Origin: an uncultured virus (IMG/VR IMGVR_UViG_3300009507_000015)
Taxonomy: Duplodnaviria; Heunggongvirae; Uroviricota; Caudoviricetes
Length of the DNA stretch: 64,000 bases
Direction: 5' to 3' (one strand)
IMG/VR virus record: IMGVR_UViG_3300009507_000015
The position numbers and the translations under genes are program-made. The stretch's first letter is position 1. The number at the start of each line of letters is the position of its first letter. Of this stretch, positions 8,242-17,669 are shown piece after piece. The notes under the pieces are model-generated. The model had not been told where the DNA came from, ran no database searches, and saw only the letters and a list, made by a program, of their open reading frames with translations.

Positions 8242-9066
8242 ATGCCAGAATTAGCAGAACTTAGATTAACAGCAGCTTATATAAATGAGTGTAGTGGGAG
8301 TAAGGCTCCGACTATTAGATATACCAACATTAAGAAAAATCCAGTACATAAAGGAAAGGATATTGAACTTCCTTTTGAAGGTGGCTTTAATATTACTGCC
8401 GAGAGCCGAGGGAAAGAATTAATTTTATGGTTATCTCAACAAGAAGAAAAAGTTCCTCTCAAAATGACTATGGGAATGAGCGGTCATTTTAAATTAACTA
8501 ATACTGGCCAAGAACCTAAACATGCTCACTTAAAATTTTATAGGCATGATGGTACTACATTATCTTTTGTTGATGTAAGGCGATTTGGTAAATGGAAGTT
8601 AGGAGAAACTTGGGGCGTTAATCGTGGACCAGATCCTACTACTGAAGCTGATGAATTTAAATATAACATATTAAATAATTTAGATAAAAGAGTATTTGAT
8701 CAACCTATTCATTTAGTATTAATGAATCAAAAATATTTTAATGGTATTGGTAATTATCTTAGAGCTGAGATCTTATATAGGCTACCTGAAGTAAATCCTT
8801 TTATGGATGCTAGAGAAGTTATAGACAATTGCCCAAAGGTATTAGAACTATGTACAACTATACCAAGAAAAGCTTATTCATTAGGTGGTGGCCAATTAAA
8901 AGACTGGGAAAATCCGTGGCAATCAGATAAAGAAAAATTTGAAAGATTCATCAAATGTTATAACAATAAAAACATGGGGCATATCATGGATAAGAATGGA
9001 AGAAGGTTTTGGTTTGATCCTAAATGGAATATTCAAATGTTAGAATATATCTCTAAACAAAAATAA
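8242..9066 (+). CDS. Fpg/Nei DNA glycosylase, NEIL1-like (no zinc finger)
   Basis: MPEL start, RGKEL, GMSG, FVDVRRFG and H2TH GIGNYLRAEILY; no C-terminal Cys4. Confidence 0.9.
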   Translation: MPELAELRLTAAYINECSGSKAPTIRYTNIKKNPVHKGKDIELPFEGGFNITAESRGKELILWLSQQEEKVPLKMTMGMSGHFKLTNTGQEPKHAHLKFYRHDGTTLSFVDVRRFGKWKLGETWGVNRGPDPTTEADEFKYNILNNLDKRVFDQPIHLVLMNQKYFNGIGNYLRAEILYRLPEVNPFMDAREVIDNCPKVLELCTTIPRKAYSLGGGQLKDWENPWQSDKEKFERFIKCYNNKNMGHIMDKNGRRFWFDPKWNIQMLEYISKQK

Positions 9067-9110
9067 AACAAACTTACATTTTAGCTATATAAAAATAAAT
9101 TAAAAAGAGT

Positions 9111-9605
9111 ATGGCAAACACTGATAATAAATGTAAGGATCTCGATGTTAGAGATTATTGGAAAGAGAAAGAATATGATGTTAAAGTTAATTCATTAGAA
9201 GAACTTTATTCTCTACAAGCTAAAACTCAAAATATGTATTTTGAAAAGCAAGGTAGAAAACCTTTCTCAGAGTTCACTATAGGTGATGTTATAGATTTTT
9301 TAATGGTTACTAATCATGCAATCATTGATGAGCTACATGAAATGGTAGATGCGGTTGGAGGAATCGAAGACGGTGTTGGTAATGCTGCATGGAAACCTTG
9401 GAAATCTAAAAATCCTGAAATCAGAAAACAAAAATTATCTGATTTAACACCAGGTGATTTAAAGGAATTAAAAATGGAATGGATTGATGTAATGCATTTT
9501 GTATTTAATGCAGGTTTAGCTATCGGCGTTTCTCCAAAAGAGTTCTATAATTATTATCTTTCTAAGAATGAAGAGAATTGGAACAGACAAGAAAACAATT
9601 ATTAA
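9111..9605 (+). CDS. Dimeric all-alpha dUTPase/dCTPase (MazG-like superfamily)
   Basis: DELHEM, WKPWK and EWIDVMHF motifs. Confidence 0.85.
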   Translation: MANTDNKCKDLDVRDYWKEKEYDVKVNSLEELYSLQAKTQNMYFEKQGRKPFSEFTIGDVIDFLMVTNHAIIDELHEMVDAVGGIEDGVGNAAWKPWKSKNPEIRKQKLSDLTPGDLKELKMEWIDVMHFVFNAGLAIGVSPKEFYNYYLSKNEENWNRQENNY

Positions 9606-9628
9606 TCATTACCTATAAAAAATAAAAT

Positions 9629-11044
9629 ATGCTATTAGACATAACTCAAGAAGATCGCCAATTATGGGTTTCTTATTTTAATCTTGACGGAAAAACTAGA
9701 TTTAAGACTTATGATCTTCAACCAGAAGATATGTTTAACTGGGAGGTTTGTGAAGGAGGTGATCCTAAAGCAGATCCTAAAATTAAAAACTGGGATGGTC
9801 GTTCTGTTAAAAAGGCAAGATCACGATATTTAAATAAGTATAGAATTATTGAATATATGGATCAACTATCTTTTTCTGATAGGGAGCTTATATTCGGTTA
9901 TCATTTTCCTAAAACATTTTTTGTGGATATTGAAGTTGAGGTAACTGATTCATTTCCTGAGCCAAGTAAAGCACCTAATCCAGTAACTGCAATTTGTATA
10001 GTTACTCCAGAAAAACAATGTATAGTTTTAGCTACAAAAGATTTAGATAAACAAACTCAATCTAAAATTCAAAAACAAATAGATGAACATTTTAAAGCAA
10101 TAGGTGAAGAATTTTCTTTTATCTTTAAATGTTTTAAAAATGAGTATGATATGCTTTATACTTTTATGGATTCTTTTGTTAAAAAATTCTCAATGATGAC
10201 AGGCTGGAATTATGTTCAGTTTGATTGGCAGTATATTGTAAATCGTTGTAAGAAATTAGGTATTGATCCTTCTATAGCATCTCCTATTGGAAGAACATTC
10301 GGTAAACATGAATTTCCATGCCATGTAGGTGTAATGGATTATTTAGATATTTATGCTAAGTGGGATAGGACTGTTGATATTAAAGAAGATTTTAAATTAG
10401 ATACAGTAGGTGAAGCAGTTGTAGGTATTCGTAAAATTAAATATGAAGGTACTATACAAGATATGTATGTAAAAGATTATCCTAAATACATTTTTTATAA
10501 TGCGGTTGATACTGCATTAGTTTATTTGATACATGAAAAAATTAAAACAATGGAAATTGCTTTAACTATTGCTCATATGACTCAGATTAGTATATTTAAA
10601 GCAGCTTCACCTGTAGCGATTACTGAAGCACTATTAGCTAGGGAATTTTTAACAAGAAATTTAGTAATGGCAAAAGATCCTAAAGCACCACCTACAAAAA
10701 GACAACAATTTGAAGGAGCATTTGTAAAAGAACCAAAAACAGGAATGCATAATGCTGTAGCTGCATTTGATTTTGCTTCACTATATCCTTCTATTATGAG
10801 ACAGTTAAATGTGTCACCAGAAAGTTTTATTAAAAAGGTAAAACCAGAATTTAAAGATAGAGAAGTAGGTGATGATAGAATTGTGTCAGTAACAGGTGCT
10901 GTGTATAGTACTGAAAGATCAATTTTAAAGGATGTATTAAGTAGATTATATAGTCAAAGAAAAGATTATAAGAAAGAATCATTTAGGCTTCAACAAAAAG
11001 CATATGATTTGGAGCAGGAGTTAAAAAAACAAGACAATGATTAA
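9629..11044 (+). CDS. gp43: Family B DNA polymerase, N-terminal subunit (3'-5' exonuclease and motif A); split gp43A-type
   Basis: DIEV (ExoI), GWN..FD (ExoII), YNAVD (ExoIII), DFASLYPSI; ends in the first fingers helix. Confidence 0.92.
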   Translation: MLLDITQEDRQLWVSYFNLDGKTRFKTYDLQPEDMFNWEVCEGGDPKADPKIKNWDGRSVKKARSRYLNKYRIIEYMDQLSFSDRELIFGYHFPKTFFVDIEVEVTDSFPEPSKAPNPVTAICIVTPEKQCIVLATKDLDKQTQSKIQKQIDEHFKAIGEEFSFIFKCFKNEYDMLYTFMDSFVKKFSMMTGWNYVQFDWQYIVNRCKKLGIDPSIASPIGRTFGKHEFPCHVGVMDYLDIYAKWDRTVDIKEDFKLDTVGEAVVGIRKIKYEGTIQDMYVKDYPKYIFYNAVDTALVYLIHEKIKTMEIALTIAHMTQISIFKAASPVAITEALLAREFLTRNLVMAKDPKAPPTKRQQFEGAFVKEPKTGMHNAVAAFDFASLYPSIMRQLNVSPESFIKKVKPEFKDREVGDDRIVSVTGAVYSTERSILKDVLSRLYSQRKDYKKESFRLQQKAYDLEQELKKQDND

Positions 11045-11143
11045 AACTCATGTCTTAAGTAGAATAAATAAAAAACAATACTAATTAACGACGTGCAACC
11101 AATTATTCTGAGTTGCATGTTTTGTCTAAAATAATAAAAAACT

Positions 11144-12139
11144 ATGAGCAAACTTTTCACTAATCGCGTCGAATACAAACCTTTCGAATATCCTGAATAT
11201 TATTTGGATGGTTGGTTACCACAAGCACAAGCATTTTGGTTACATACTGAAATATCAATGCAAGGAGATTTAAAAGATTGGAATGAAAATATTAAACCTC
11301 ATGAAAAAAACTTAGTAGGAAATATTCTTTTAGGGTTTGCCCAAACTGAATGTGCAGTATCCGATTATTGGACTGGTATGGTTACGAAGTGGTTTCCTAA
11401 ACATGAGATAAGACAAATGGCAATGATGTTTGGTTCACAAGAAACAATTCATGCAGTTGCTTATAGTTATTTAAACGAAACATTAGGTCTTGAAGATTAT
11501 ACTGCTTTTTTACATGAACCTTCAATGGCTGATAAATTTGACTTCTTAATGTCAACTAAAGCTGATTATACAGATAAAGATTTATTAGAAAGTAAAGATG
11601 CAAGAAAGGAAGTAGCAAGGAGTCTTGCAATATTTTCTGCATTTGCTGAAGGTGTATCTCTTTACAGTTCTTTCGCAGTTTTATATAGTTTTCAAATGAG
11701 AAATCTTTTAAAAGGAATTGGGCAGCAGATGAAATGGTCTGTGAGAGATGAATCTTTACATTCTAAAATGGGATGTAGATTATTTAATCATATGTGCTCT
11801 GAGGATGAAACATTAAGAGATGATGTTAAAGAATCTATTTATGAAGCTGCAAAGTTAATGGTAGAAATGGAGCATGATTATATTGATAAGATTTTTGAAA
11901 TGGGTGATATTGAAAACTTAAAGGCATATGACCTAAAGAATTTTATTTATAGAAGAACAAACGAAAAATTACAAGAATTAGGATTAGATCCAATATTTGA
12001 ATATAATGAAAAATCAGCTGACGCATTAGATTGGTTTTATCATTTAACAGGTGGTCATACTCATACTGACTTTTTTGCAATCAGGCCAACTGATTATGCT
12101 AAAGCAGGCGAAGGTGATGATTGGGATGATATTTGGTAA
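11144..12139 (+). CDS. nrdB: Ribonucleotide reductase class I beta subunit
   Basis: ETIH, EGVSLYSSF and RDESLH di-metal motifs. Confidence 0.95.
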   Translation: MSKLFTNRVEYKPFEYPEYYLDGWLPQAQAFWLHTEISMQGDLKDWNENIKPHEKNLVGNILLGFAQTECAVSDYWTGMVTKWFPKHEIRQMAMMFGSQETIHAVAYSYLNETLGLEDYTAFLHEPSMADKFDFLMSTKADYTDKDLLESKDARKEVARSLAIFSAFAEGVSLYSSFAVLYSFQMRNLLKGIGQQMKWSVRDESLHSKMGCRLFNHMCSEDETLRDDVKESIYEAAKLMVEMEHDYIDKIFEMGDIENLKAYDLKNFIYRRTNEKLQELGLDPIFEYNEKSADALDWFYHLTGGHTHTDFFAIRPTDYAKAGEGDDWDDIW

Positions 12140-12166
12140 TAATTAAAAACAAAAAAATAAAACAAA

Positions 12167-12418
12167 ATGAAAGAAAAAATAATTTATTTAGCAGGTGCAC
12201 TGCTTTTCGGGGTAGCATCATGGCTAGTAGGAACTGTTTATAGCATATCAATAGATACTGCAATAATCAAAGATAAGATTGAAAAAGTTTATGAGGAGAA
12301 CTGCCCATATTGTATACATGCTGCACATAGTTCAATCGGTGACCATCCACTATTATCTCCAACAATAAAACATGCACATCAGCATGTTGGTGATGAAACC
12401 ATCAAGGTAAACGATTAA
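12167..12418 (+). CDS. Small membrane protein with His-rich tail
   Basis: N-terminal TM; CPYC and HAHQH. Confidence 0.6.
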   Translation: MKEKIIYLAGALLFGVASWLVGTVYSISIDTAIIKDKIEKVYEENCPYCIHAAHSSIGDHPLLSPTIKHAHQHVGDETIKVND

Positions 12419-12437
12419 TCTTAATAAAAAAGAAAGA

Positions 12438-14213
12438 ATGACAGCAGATCAAATAGAAAAAGAATTAGGTTGGGAAAGAGGCGTTGATTATCCTGAATGG
12501 GGTCACACCGATGTTTATTTAAATACAATATCAAGAGGGTATTGTTTACCTGGAGAAACTCCAAAGGATGCATATTGGAGAGTAGCAACAACTGTAGCTA
12601 ATAGGCTTAGGAAACCAGAAATGGCAGATAAGTTTATGAAGTACATTTGGAAGGGATGGCTGAATCTAGCCTCACCCGTATTAAGTAACACTGGAACTGA
12701 AAGAGGTTTACCTATTAGTTGTTTTGGAATTGATGTAGCTGATTCTATTAATGATATAGGCCAAAAAAATCTAGAGTTAATGTTATTGGCTAAACATGGT
12801 GGTGGTGTTGGTATTGGACATAATCAAATTAGACCAGCCGGTACTAACATAACTGATAATGGAACAAGTGATGGTGTAGTACCTTTTATTAAAATTAATG
12901 ATTCTACAATTTTAGCAACTAACCAAGGTGCAGTAAGAAGAGGAGCTGCAAGTACTAACTTAAGTATTGATCATGGTGATTTTTGGGAATGGTTAGAAAT
13001 TAGAGAACCTAAAGGCGATATTAATAGACAATGTTTAAATACAAATCAATGTGTTATTATAGGTGATAAGTTTATGAGGAATGTTTTAGAAGGAGATGCA
13101 GAATCTAGAAAAAGATACGCAGCGGTCCAAAGAAAAAGAAGACAAACTGGTCAACCTTATATAATGTATAGAGGAAATGTTAATAAACAAAACCCGGAAG
13201 CATATAAGAGAAACGGACTAAAAGTATTTATGACCAATATCTGTTCTGAAATTGTTTTGCATACAGATGAAAATCATTCTTTTGTTTGTTGTTTAAGTTC
13301 TCTTAATCTTTCTAAATATGATGAATGGAAAAATACAAACCTTATTTATGATGCAACATGGTTTTTAGATGGTGTACTTGAAGAATTTATTCAAAAGGCT
13401 AAATATAGAAAAGGATTTGAAAACTCTGTAAGAACAGCAGAAAAAGGTAGAGCAGTAGGTTTAGGTGTATTAGGATGGCATACTTATTTACAACAAAGAG
13501 GTATTGCATTTGAAGGGTTAGAAGCTCAATATGAAACTCGTAATATATTTTCTCAAATAAAAGTAGAAAGTGAAAGGGCAAGCCGGGATCTTGCTGAGGA
13601 GTACGGAGAACCTCTATGGTGTAGAGATACTGGATTTAGGAACACTCACCTAAGAGCAGTTGCACCAACAGTATCTAATTCAAAATTAGCCGGTGGTATA
13701 TCTGCTGGTATTGAACCAGTACCTGCCAATATATGGACAGATCAATCGGCTAAAGGAACTTTTATTAGAAAGAATCAGCAATTGTTAGGTTACTTAGAAA
13801 AAATGGGGCATGATAATAAAAAAGTATGGGATAAGATTATGGCTGATGGTGGTTCTGTGCAAGGTCTTAAATTTTTAGATGATTGGTGTTTCTTAAAAGG
13901 TATGCTAATTAAGTGTAAAGATGTACCAGAATTTCAAGAAGGTGTTCCTTTTAAAGATGTGTTTAAAACATTTAAAGAAATTAATCAATTAGATTTAATA
14001 AGACAGGGTGGTATAAGACAACAATATGTTGATCAAGCAGTATCTTTAAATTTAGCATTTCCTAAAGAAGCTACACCAAAGTGGATTAATCAAGTTCATC
14101 TTGAAGCATGGAAACAAGGAATTAAAACTTTATATTACATGAGAACTGAATCTGTATTAAGAGGAGATATTGCTAAAGCAGCAATGGAAGAATGTTTAAG
14201 CTGTGATGGATAA
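12438..14213 (+). CDS. nrdA: Ribonucleotide reductase class I alpha subunit (short, no ATP cone)
   Basis: PISCF, TNICSEI, APTVS, KTLYY and C-terminal CLSC. Confidence 0.95.
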   Translation: MTADQIEKELGWERGVDYPEWGHTDVYLNTISRGYCLPGETPKDAYWRVATTVANRLRKPEMADKFMKYIWKGWLNLASPVLSNTGTERGLPISCFGIDVADSINDIGQKNLELMLLAKHGGGVGIGHNQIRPAGTNITDNGTSDGVVPFIKINDSTILATNQGAVRRGAASTNLSIDHGDFWEWLEIREPKGDINRQCLNTNQCVIIGDKFMRNVLEGDAESRKRYAAVQRKRRQTGQPYIMYRGNVNKQNPEAYKRNGLKVFMTNICSEIVLHTDENHSFVCCLSSLNLSKYDEWKNTNLIYDATWFLDGVLEEFIQKAKYRKGFENSVRTAEKGRAVGLGVLGWHTYLQQRGIAFEGLEAQYETRNIFSQIKVESERASRDLAEEYGEPLWCRDTGFRNTHLRAVAPTVSNSKLAGGISAGIEPVPANIWTDQSAKGTFIRKNQQLLGYLEKMGHDNKKVWDKIMADGGSVQGLKFLDDWCFLKGMLIKCKDVPEFQEGVPFKDVFKTFKEINQLDLIRQGGIRQQYVDQAVSLNLAFPKEATPKWINQVHLEAWKQGIKTLYYMRTESVLRGDIAKAAMEECLSCDG

Positions 14214-14959
14214 TGGAAAAATATACTTATATACTCGGTCCTTGTAGTATTGAAAATGAGGATAACTTTTTAGAAGTAGCCAAAACCTTAGATGGTTATA
14301 TGGGAGGTAAAGATTGGTACTTAAAAGGATCTTTTGATAAAGCCAATAGAACTTCTATACATTCTGATAGAGGCCCAGGTTTAGCTAAAGGGTTGGCAAT
14401 TATGTGTTTAGTTAAAGATCGCTATCCTAATATTAAAATTATAACAGATATTCATGAAGCTAATCAAGCATTAGCTCTTTCTGATGTAGTAGATGTTATT
14501 CAAATACCAGCATTTTTATGTAGGCAAACAGATCTTTTAGTTGCATGTGCAAAAAACTTTAATATAATTAATATTAAGAAAGGTCAATGGTTATCAGCAG
14601 ATGCAATGAAACATGCAGTCGCAAAGATTAAAGAAGTTGATCCTAATTGTGAAGTATGGATAACTGAAAGAGGATCTAATTTTGGTTATGATAGATTAAT
14701 TGTAGATTTTAGAGGTGTAGATGTAATGAAAGAATTTGCAGACAAAGTTATTTTAGATTGTACTCATTCAACCCAAATGGCTGGAGAAGGCATAACCGGA
14801 GGTAGTCGTAAATTAGCTAAACAATATGCTCAAGCTGCAAAGATTTTTGAATATGATGGTGTATTTATTGAAACACACCCTGATCCTGAGAATGCTATTT
14901 CTGATTCTGCTAGTCAAGTAGAATTGGATTGGTTGGTGTCTCAAATAAATAATATATGA
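14213..14959 (+). CDS. kdsA: KDO-8-phosphate synthase
   Basis: GPCSIE, SFDKANRTS, QIPAFLCRQTDL, NIKKGQ, ERG, DCTHS, ETHPDP. Confidence 0.92.
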   Translation: MEKYTYILGPCSIENEDNFLEVAKTLDGYMGGKDWYLKGSFDKANRTSIHSDRGPGLAKGLAIMCLVKDRYPNIKIITDIHEANQALALSDVVDVIQIPAFLCRQTDLLVACAKNFNIINIKKGQWLSADAMKHAVAKIKEVDPNCEVWITERGSNFGYDRLIVDFRGVDVMKEFADKVILDCTHSTQMAGEGITGGSRKLAKQYAQAAKIFEYDGVFIETHPDPENAISDSASQVELDWLVSQINNI

Positions 14960-16017
14960 AATTAAACTATTCTAAGCTACTTAATCGTAAACCTATAATA
15001 ACTGATCTTAAATTAATAAAAGATTTTATTAAAGGTAAAAGAATACTTGTAACCGGCGGTGCAGGTTCAATAGGTAGTGAAATAGTAAGACAGTTGGTTA
15101 ATTTTAATGCATCAACTGTAACTGTGTTTGATAATGCAGAAGCATCAATGTTTCATTTAGAACAAGAGATAAGTAGATCAAATCCAAATTCTCATATTAA
15201 ATATGTAATAGGTGATGTTAGAGATAAGTATAGATTAGAAGAAGTTTTTGATTCTTTTAAACCTAATATAGTTTTTCATGCAGCTGCTTATAAACATGTA
15301 CCTATGATGGAGGCAAATCCTGTTGAGGCAATTAAAACAAATGTATTAGGCACAATGAATGTCTCAAATATCTCATATATGAATGAGGTAGAAAAATTTG
15401 TAATGGTATCAACAGATAAGGCAGTTAATCCTACAAATGTAATGGGTGCTACTAAAAGGATAGCAGAATTATATACTCAGTTCTTAGAAACAAAATCAGC
15501 AACTAAATTTATTGTCACAAGATTTGGAAATGTATTAGGATCTGAAGGTTCTGTAATTCCAACTTTTGTAAAACAAATTGAAAGAGGAGGCCCTGTTAGT
15601 GTAACACATAAAGAAGTCATTAGATATTTTATGACTATACCAGAAGCATGTCAATTAGTATTACAGGCAAGTGTACTTGGTAATGGTGGAGAGGTATTTT
15701 TATTTGATATGGGAGAACCTGTAAGTATTAATGATTTAGCAAAAAATCTTATTAAACACTTTAAAAGTAATGCTGAAATAGAATACATTGGATTAAGACC
15801 TGGTGAAAAGTTATATGAAGAACTCTTGTGTGATGGTGAAAATATGATACCAACGAAAGATGAAAATATAATGAAATTAAATCATGAAGAATATGATTTT
15901 AAAACTCTTATACCTAAAATAGAAAAATTATCTAAAGTAAGGGTAAATGATTTTTATAAAATAATTGTACTTATGACTAGTATTGTTCCACAATTTAAAA
16001 GAGAAAGTAATGATTAA
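14956..16017 (+). CDS. UDP-GlcNAc 4,6-dehydratase (PglF/CapD-type, soluble catalytic domain only)
   Basis: GGAGSIGSE, HAAAYKHVP, STDKAVNP, MGATK, RFGNVLGS, RPGEKLYEEL. Confidence 0.9.
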   Translation: MKLNYSKLLNRKPIITDLKLIKDFIKGKRILVTGGAGSIGSEIVRQLVNFNASTVTVFDNAEASMFHLEQEISRSNPNSHIKYVIGDVRDKYRLEEVFDSFKPNIVFHAAAYKHVPMMEANPVEAIKTNVLGTMNVSNISYMNEVEKFVMVSTDKAVNPTNVMGATKRIAELYTQFLETKSATKFIVTRFGNVLGSEGSVIPTFVKQIERGGPVSVTHKEVIRYFMTIPEACQLVLQASVLGNGGEVFLFDMGEPVSINDLAKNLIKHFKSNAEIEYIGLRPGEKLYEELLCDGENMIPTKDENIMKLNHEEYDFKTLIPKIEKLSKVRVNDFYKIIVLMTSIVPQFKRESND

Positions 16018-16552
16018 TATTTACGGAAAAGGTGATCACGCAAAAGTTGTTTCTTCTGCTATAAGATTACAACAATTTAAATTTTATGATGACTCTGATT
16101 ATAATCCTTTAGTAGAAGGTTTATGGGTTATTGGTATAGGTAATAATAAAACTAGAAAAAGAATAGCAGAAGAAGTATTAAGAGGTAAGCGATTCATTAG
16201 TACCTTTTCTGCAAATTCTATATGCCATTCATCATCTAATATCGGTGAAGGTACTCAAGTTATGGCAGGTGCAGTTATTCAAATGGGTTGTAAGATTGGA
16301 TCTCATTCAGTAATAAATACAGCTGCTTCAGTTGATCATGATTGTGAATTAGGTAAATATTCTTTTATTGGTCCTAATGCTACTTTATGCGGAGGTGTTT
16401 CTGTAGGAGAGTGTAGTTTTATTGGTGCAGGTGCTACAGTATTACCTTATATTAAAATTGGAAAAAATTGTATGATTGGTGCAGGTTCTGTTGTAACCAA
16501 AGATATACCAGATAATGTAACGGCATACGGAAATCCAGCTAAAATTAAATAA
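16010..16552 (+). CDS. Sugar N-acetyltransferase (PglD/NeuD family)
   Basis: Likely ATG at 16010 (MINIYGKGDHAKVV); IGIGNN, VDHDC, hexapeptide repeats, GNPAK. Confidence 0.88.
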   Translation: MINIYGKGDHAKVVSSAIRLQQFKFYDDSDYNPLVEGLWVIGIGNNKTRKRIAEEVLRGKRFISTFSANSICHSSSNIGEGTQVMAGAVIQMGCKIGSHSVINTAASVDHDCELGKYSFIGPNATLCGGVSVGECSFIGAGATVLPYIKIGKNCMIGAGSVVTKDIPDNVTAYGNPAKIK

Positions 16553-16553
16553 T

Positions 16554-17669
16554 ATGAAAAAGATTTACTTATCACCACCTCATATGTCAGGTAACGAATT
16601 AGAATATATTAAAGATGTATTTAAAGATAATTGGATTGCTCCAATTGGACCACATCTTACTATGTTTGAAGACATTGTTAAAAAATATACAAATTCAAAA
16701 TATGCAGTAGCTGTTACTTCATGTACAGCAGGTATTCATTTAGCATTAAGGGCGTTAAGGGTTAAAGAAGGTGATTATGTTTTATGTTCTTCATTAACTT
16801 TTGTCGCAACAGTTAATCCTATACTTTATTGTGGAGCTGAACCTATTTTTATTGATTCAGAAGAAGGGAGTTGGAATATGGATCCTATCTTATTAGAAGA
16901 AGCAATTTTAAATTCAACCGCATTAGGCAAAAAACCAAAGGCAATTATACCAGTTCATATTTTTGGAGTACCTTGTAATATGGATGCAATTAAAAAATTA
17001 TCAGATGAATATGACATACCTATTATTGAAGATGCCGCTGAAAGTTTGGGATCTACTTTTAATGATAAGCACACAGGAACCTTTGGCTCTATTGGTGTTT
17101 ATTCTTTTAATGGAAATAAGTTACTATCTACTTCCGGTGGTGGAGTTGTTGTAACTAATAACAAAGAACATGCTGAATACATGAAACACCTTTCTACTCA
17201 AGCAAAGGAAAATAGACCATATTATTATCATACTGATATAGGATATAATTATAGAATGAGTAATGTACTTGCTGCAATAGGAGTAGCCCAAATGGAAGTT
17301 ATCGAAGAAAGAATAAAAAGAACAAGAGAAGTTAATAAAATATATCAAAAAGAGGTTGGTAAATTTTTCTATTCATTTCAAGAAGAGCGGTCAGGCGATA
17401 GATCTAATATGTGGTTAACTTGTGCATTAATGAATGGTGAGGATAAACCAGAAGATTTAATTGAACATTTATCTAAAGATAACATTGAAGCAAGAAGAAT
17501 TTGGAAGCCAATGCATGAACAACCAGTTATGCAAGGTTATAAAAAATATATAAATGGAAACAGTTCTTTAATATTCTTACAAGGTATTTGTTTACCATCA
17601 GGTTCTGATTTAACAAAAGCAGACATGAAAAGAATAATAAAGTCTATAAAAACATTTTTTAACAAATGA
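16554..17669 (+). CDS. PLP-dependent sugar aminotransferase (PglE/DegT family)
   Basis: IYLSPPHM, IIEDAAESLG, SFNGNK, GYNYRMSN, LPSGS. Confidence 0.92.
   Translation: MKKIYLSPPHMSGNELEYIKDVFKDNWIAPIGPHLTMFEDIVKKYTNSKYAVAVTSCTAGIHLALRALRVKEGDYVLCSSLTFVATVNPILYCGAEPIFIDSEEGSWNMDPILLEEAILNSTALGKKPKAIIPVHIFGVPCNMDAIKKLSDEYDIPIIEDAAESLGSTFNDKHTGTFGSIGVYSFNGNKLLSTSGGGVVVTNNKEHAEYMKHLSTQAKENRPYYYHTDIGYNYRMSNVLAAIGVAQMEVIEERIKRTREVNKIYQKEVGKFFYSFQEERSGDRSNMWLTCALMNGEDKPEDLIEHLSKDNIEARRIWKPMHEQPVMQGYKKYINGNSSLIFLQGICLPSGSDLTKADMKRIIKSIKTFFNK

Noticed and set aside
10950..11044. Split intein or intron at the polymerase break
   Set aside because: No Cys/Ser-initiated intein N-fragment, no His-Asn C-fragment before 25565 and no group I intron features
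11091..11120. Hairpin acgtgcaac/gttgcatgt before nrdB as a riboswitch
   Set aside because: Too short and lacks recognisable aptamer motifs; at most a simple terminator or leader hairpin
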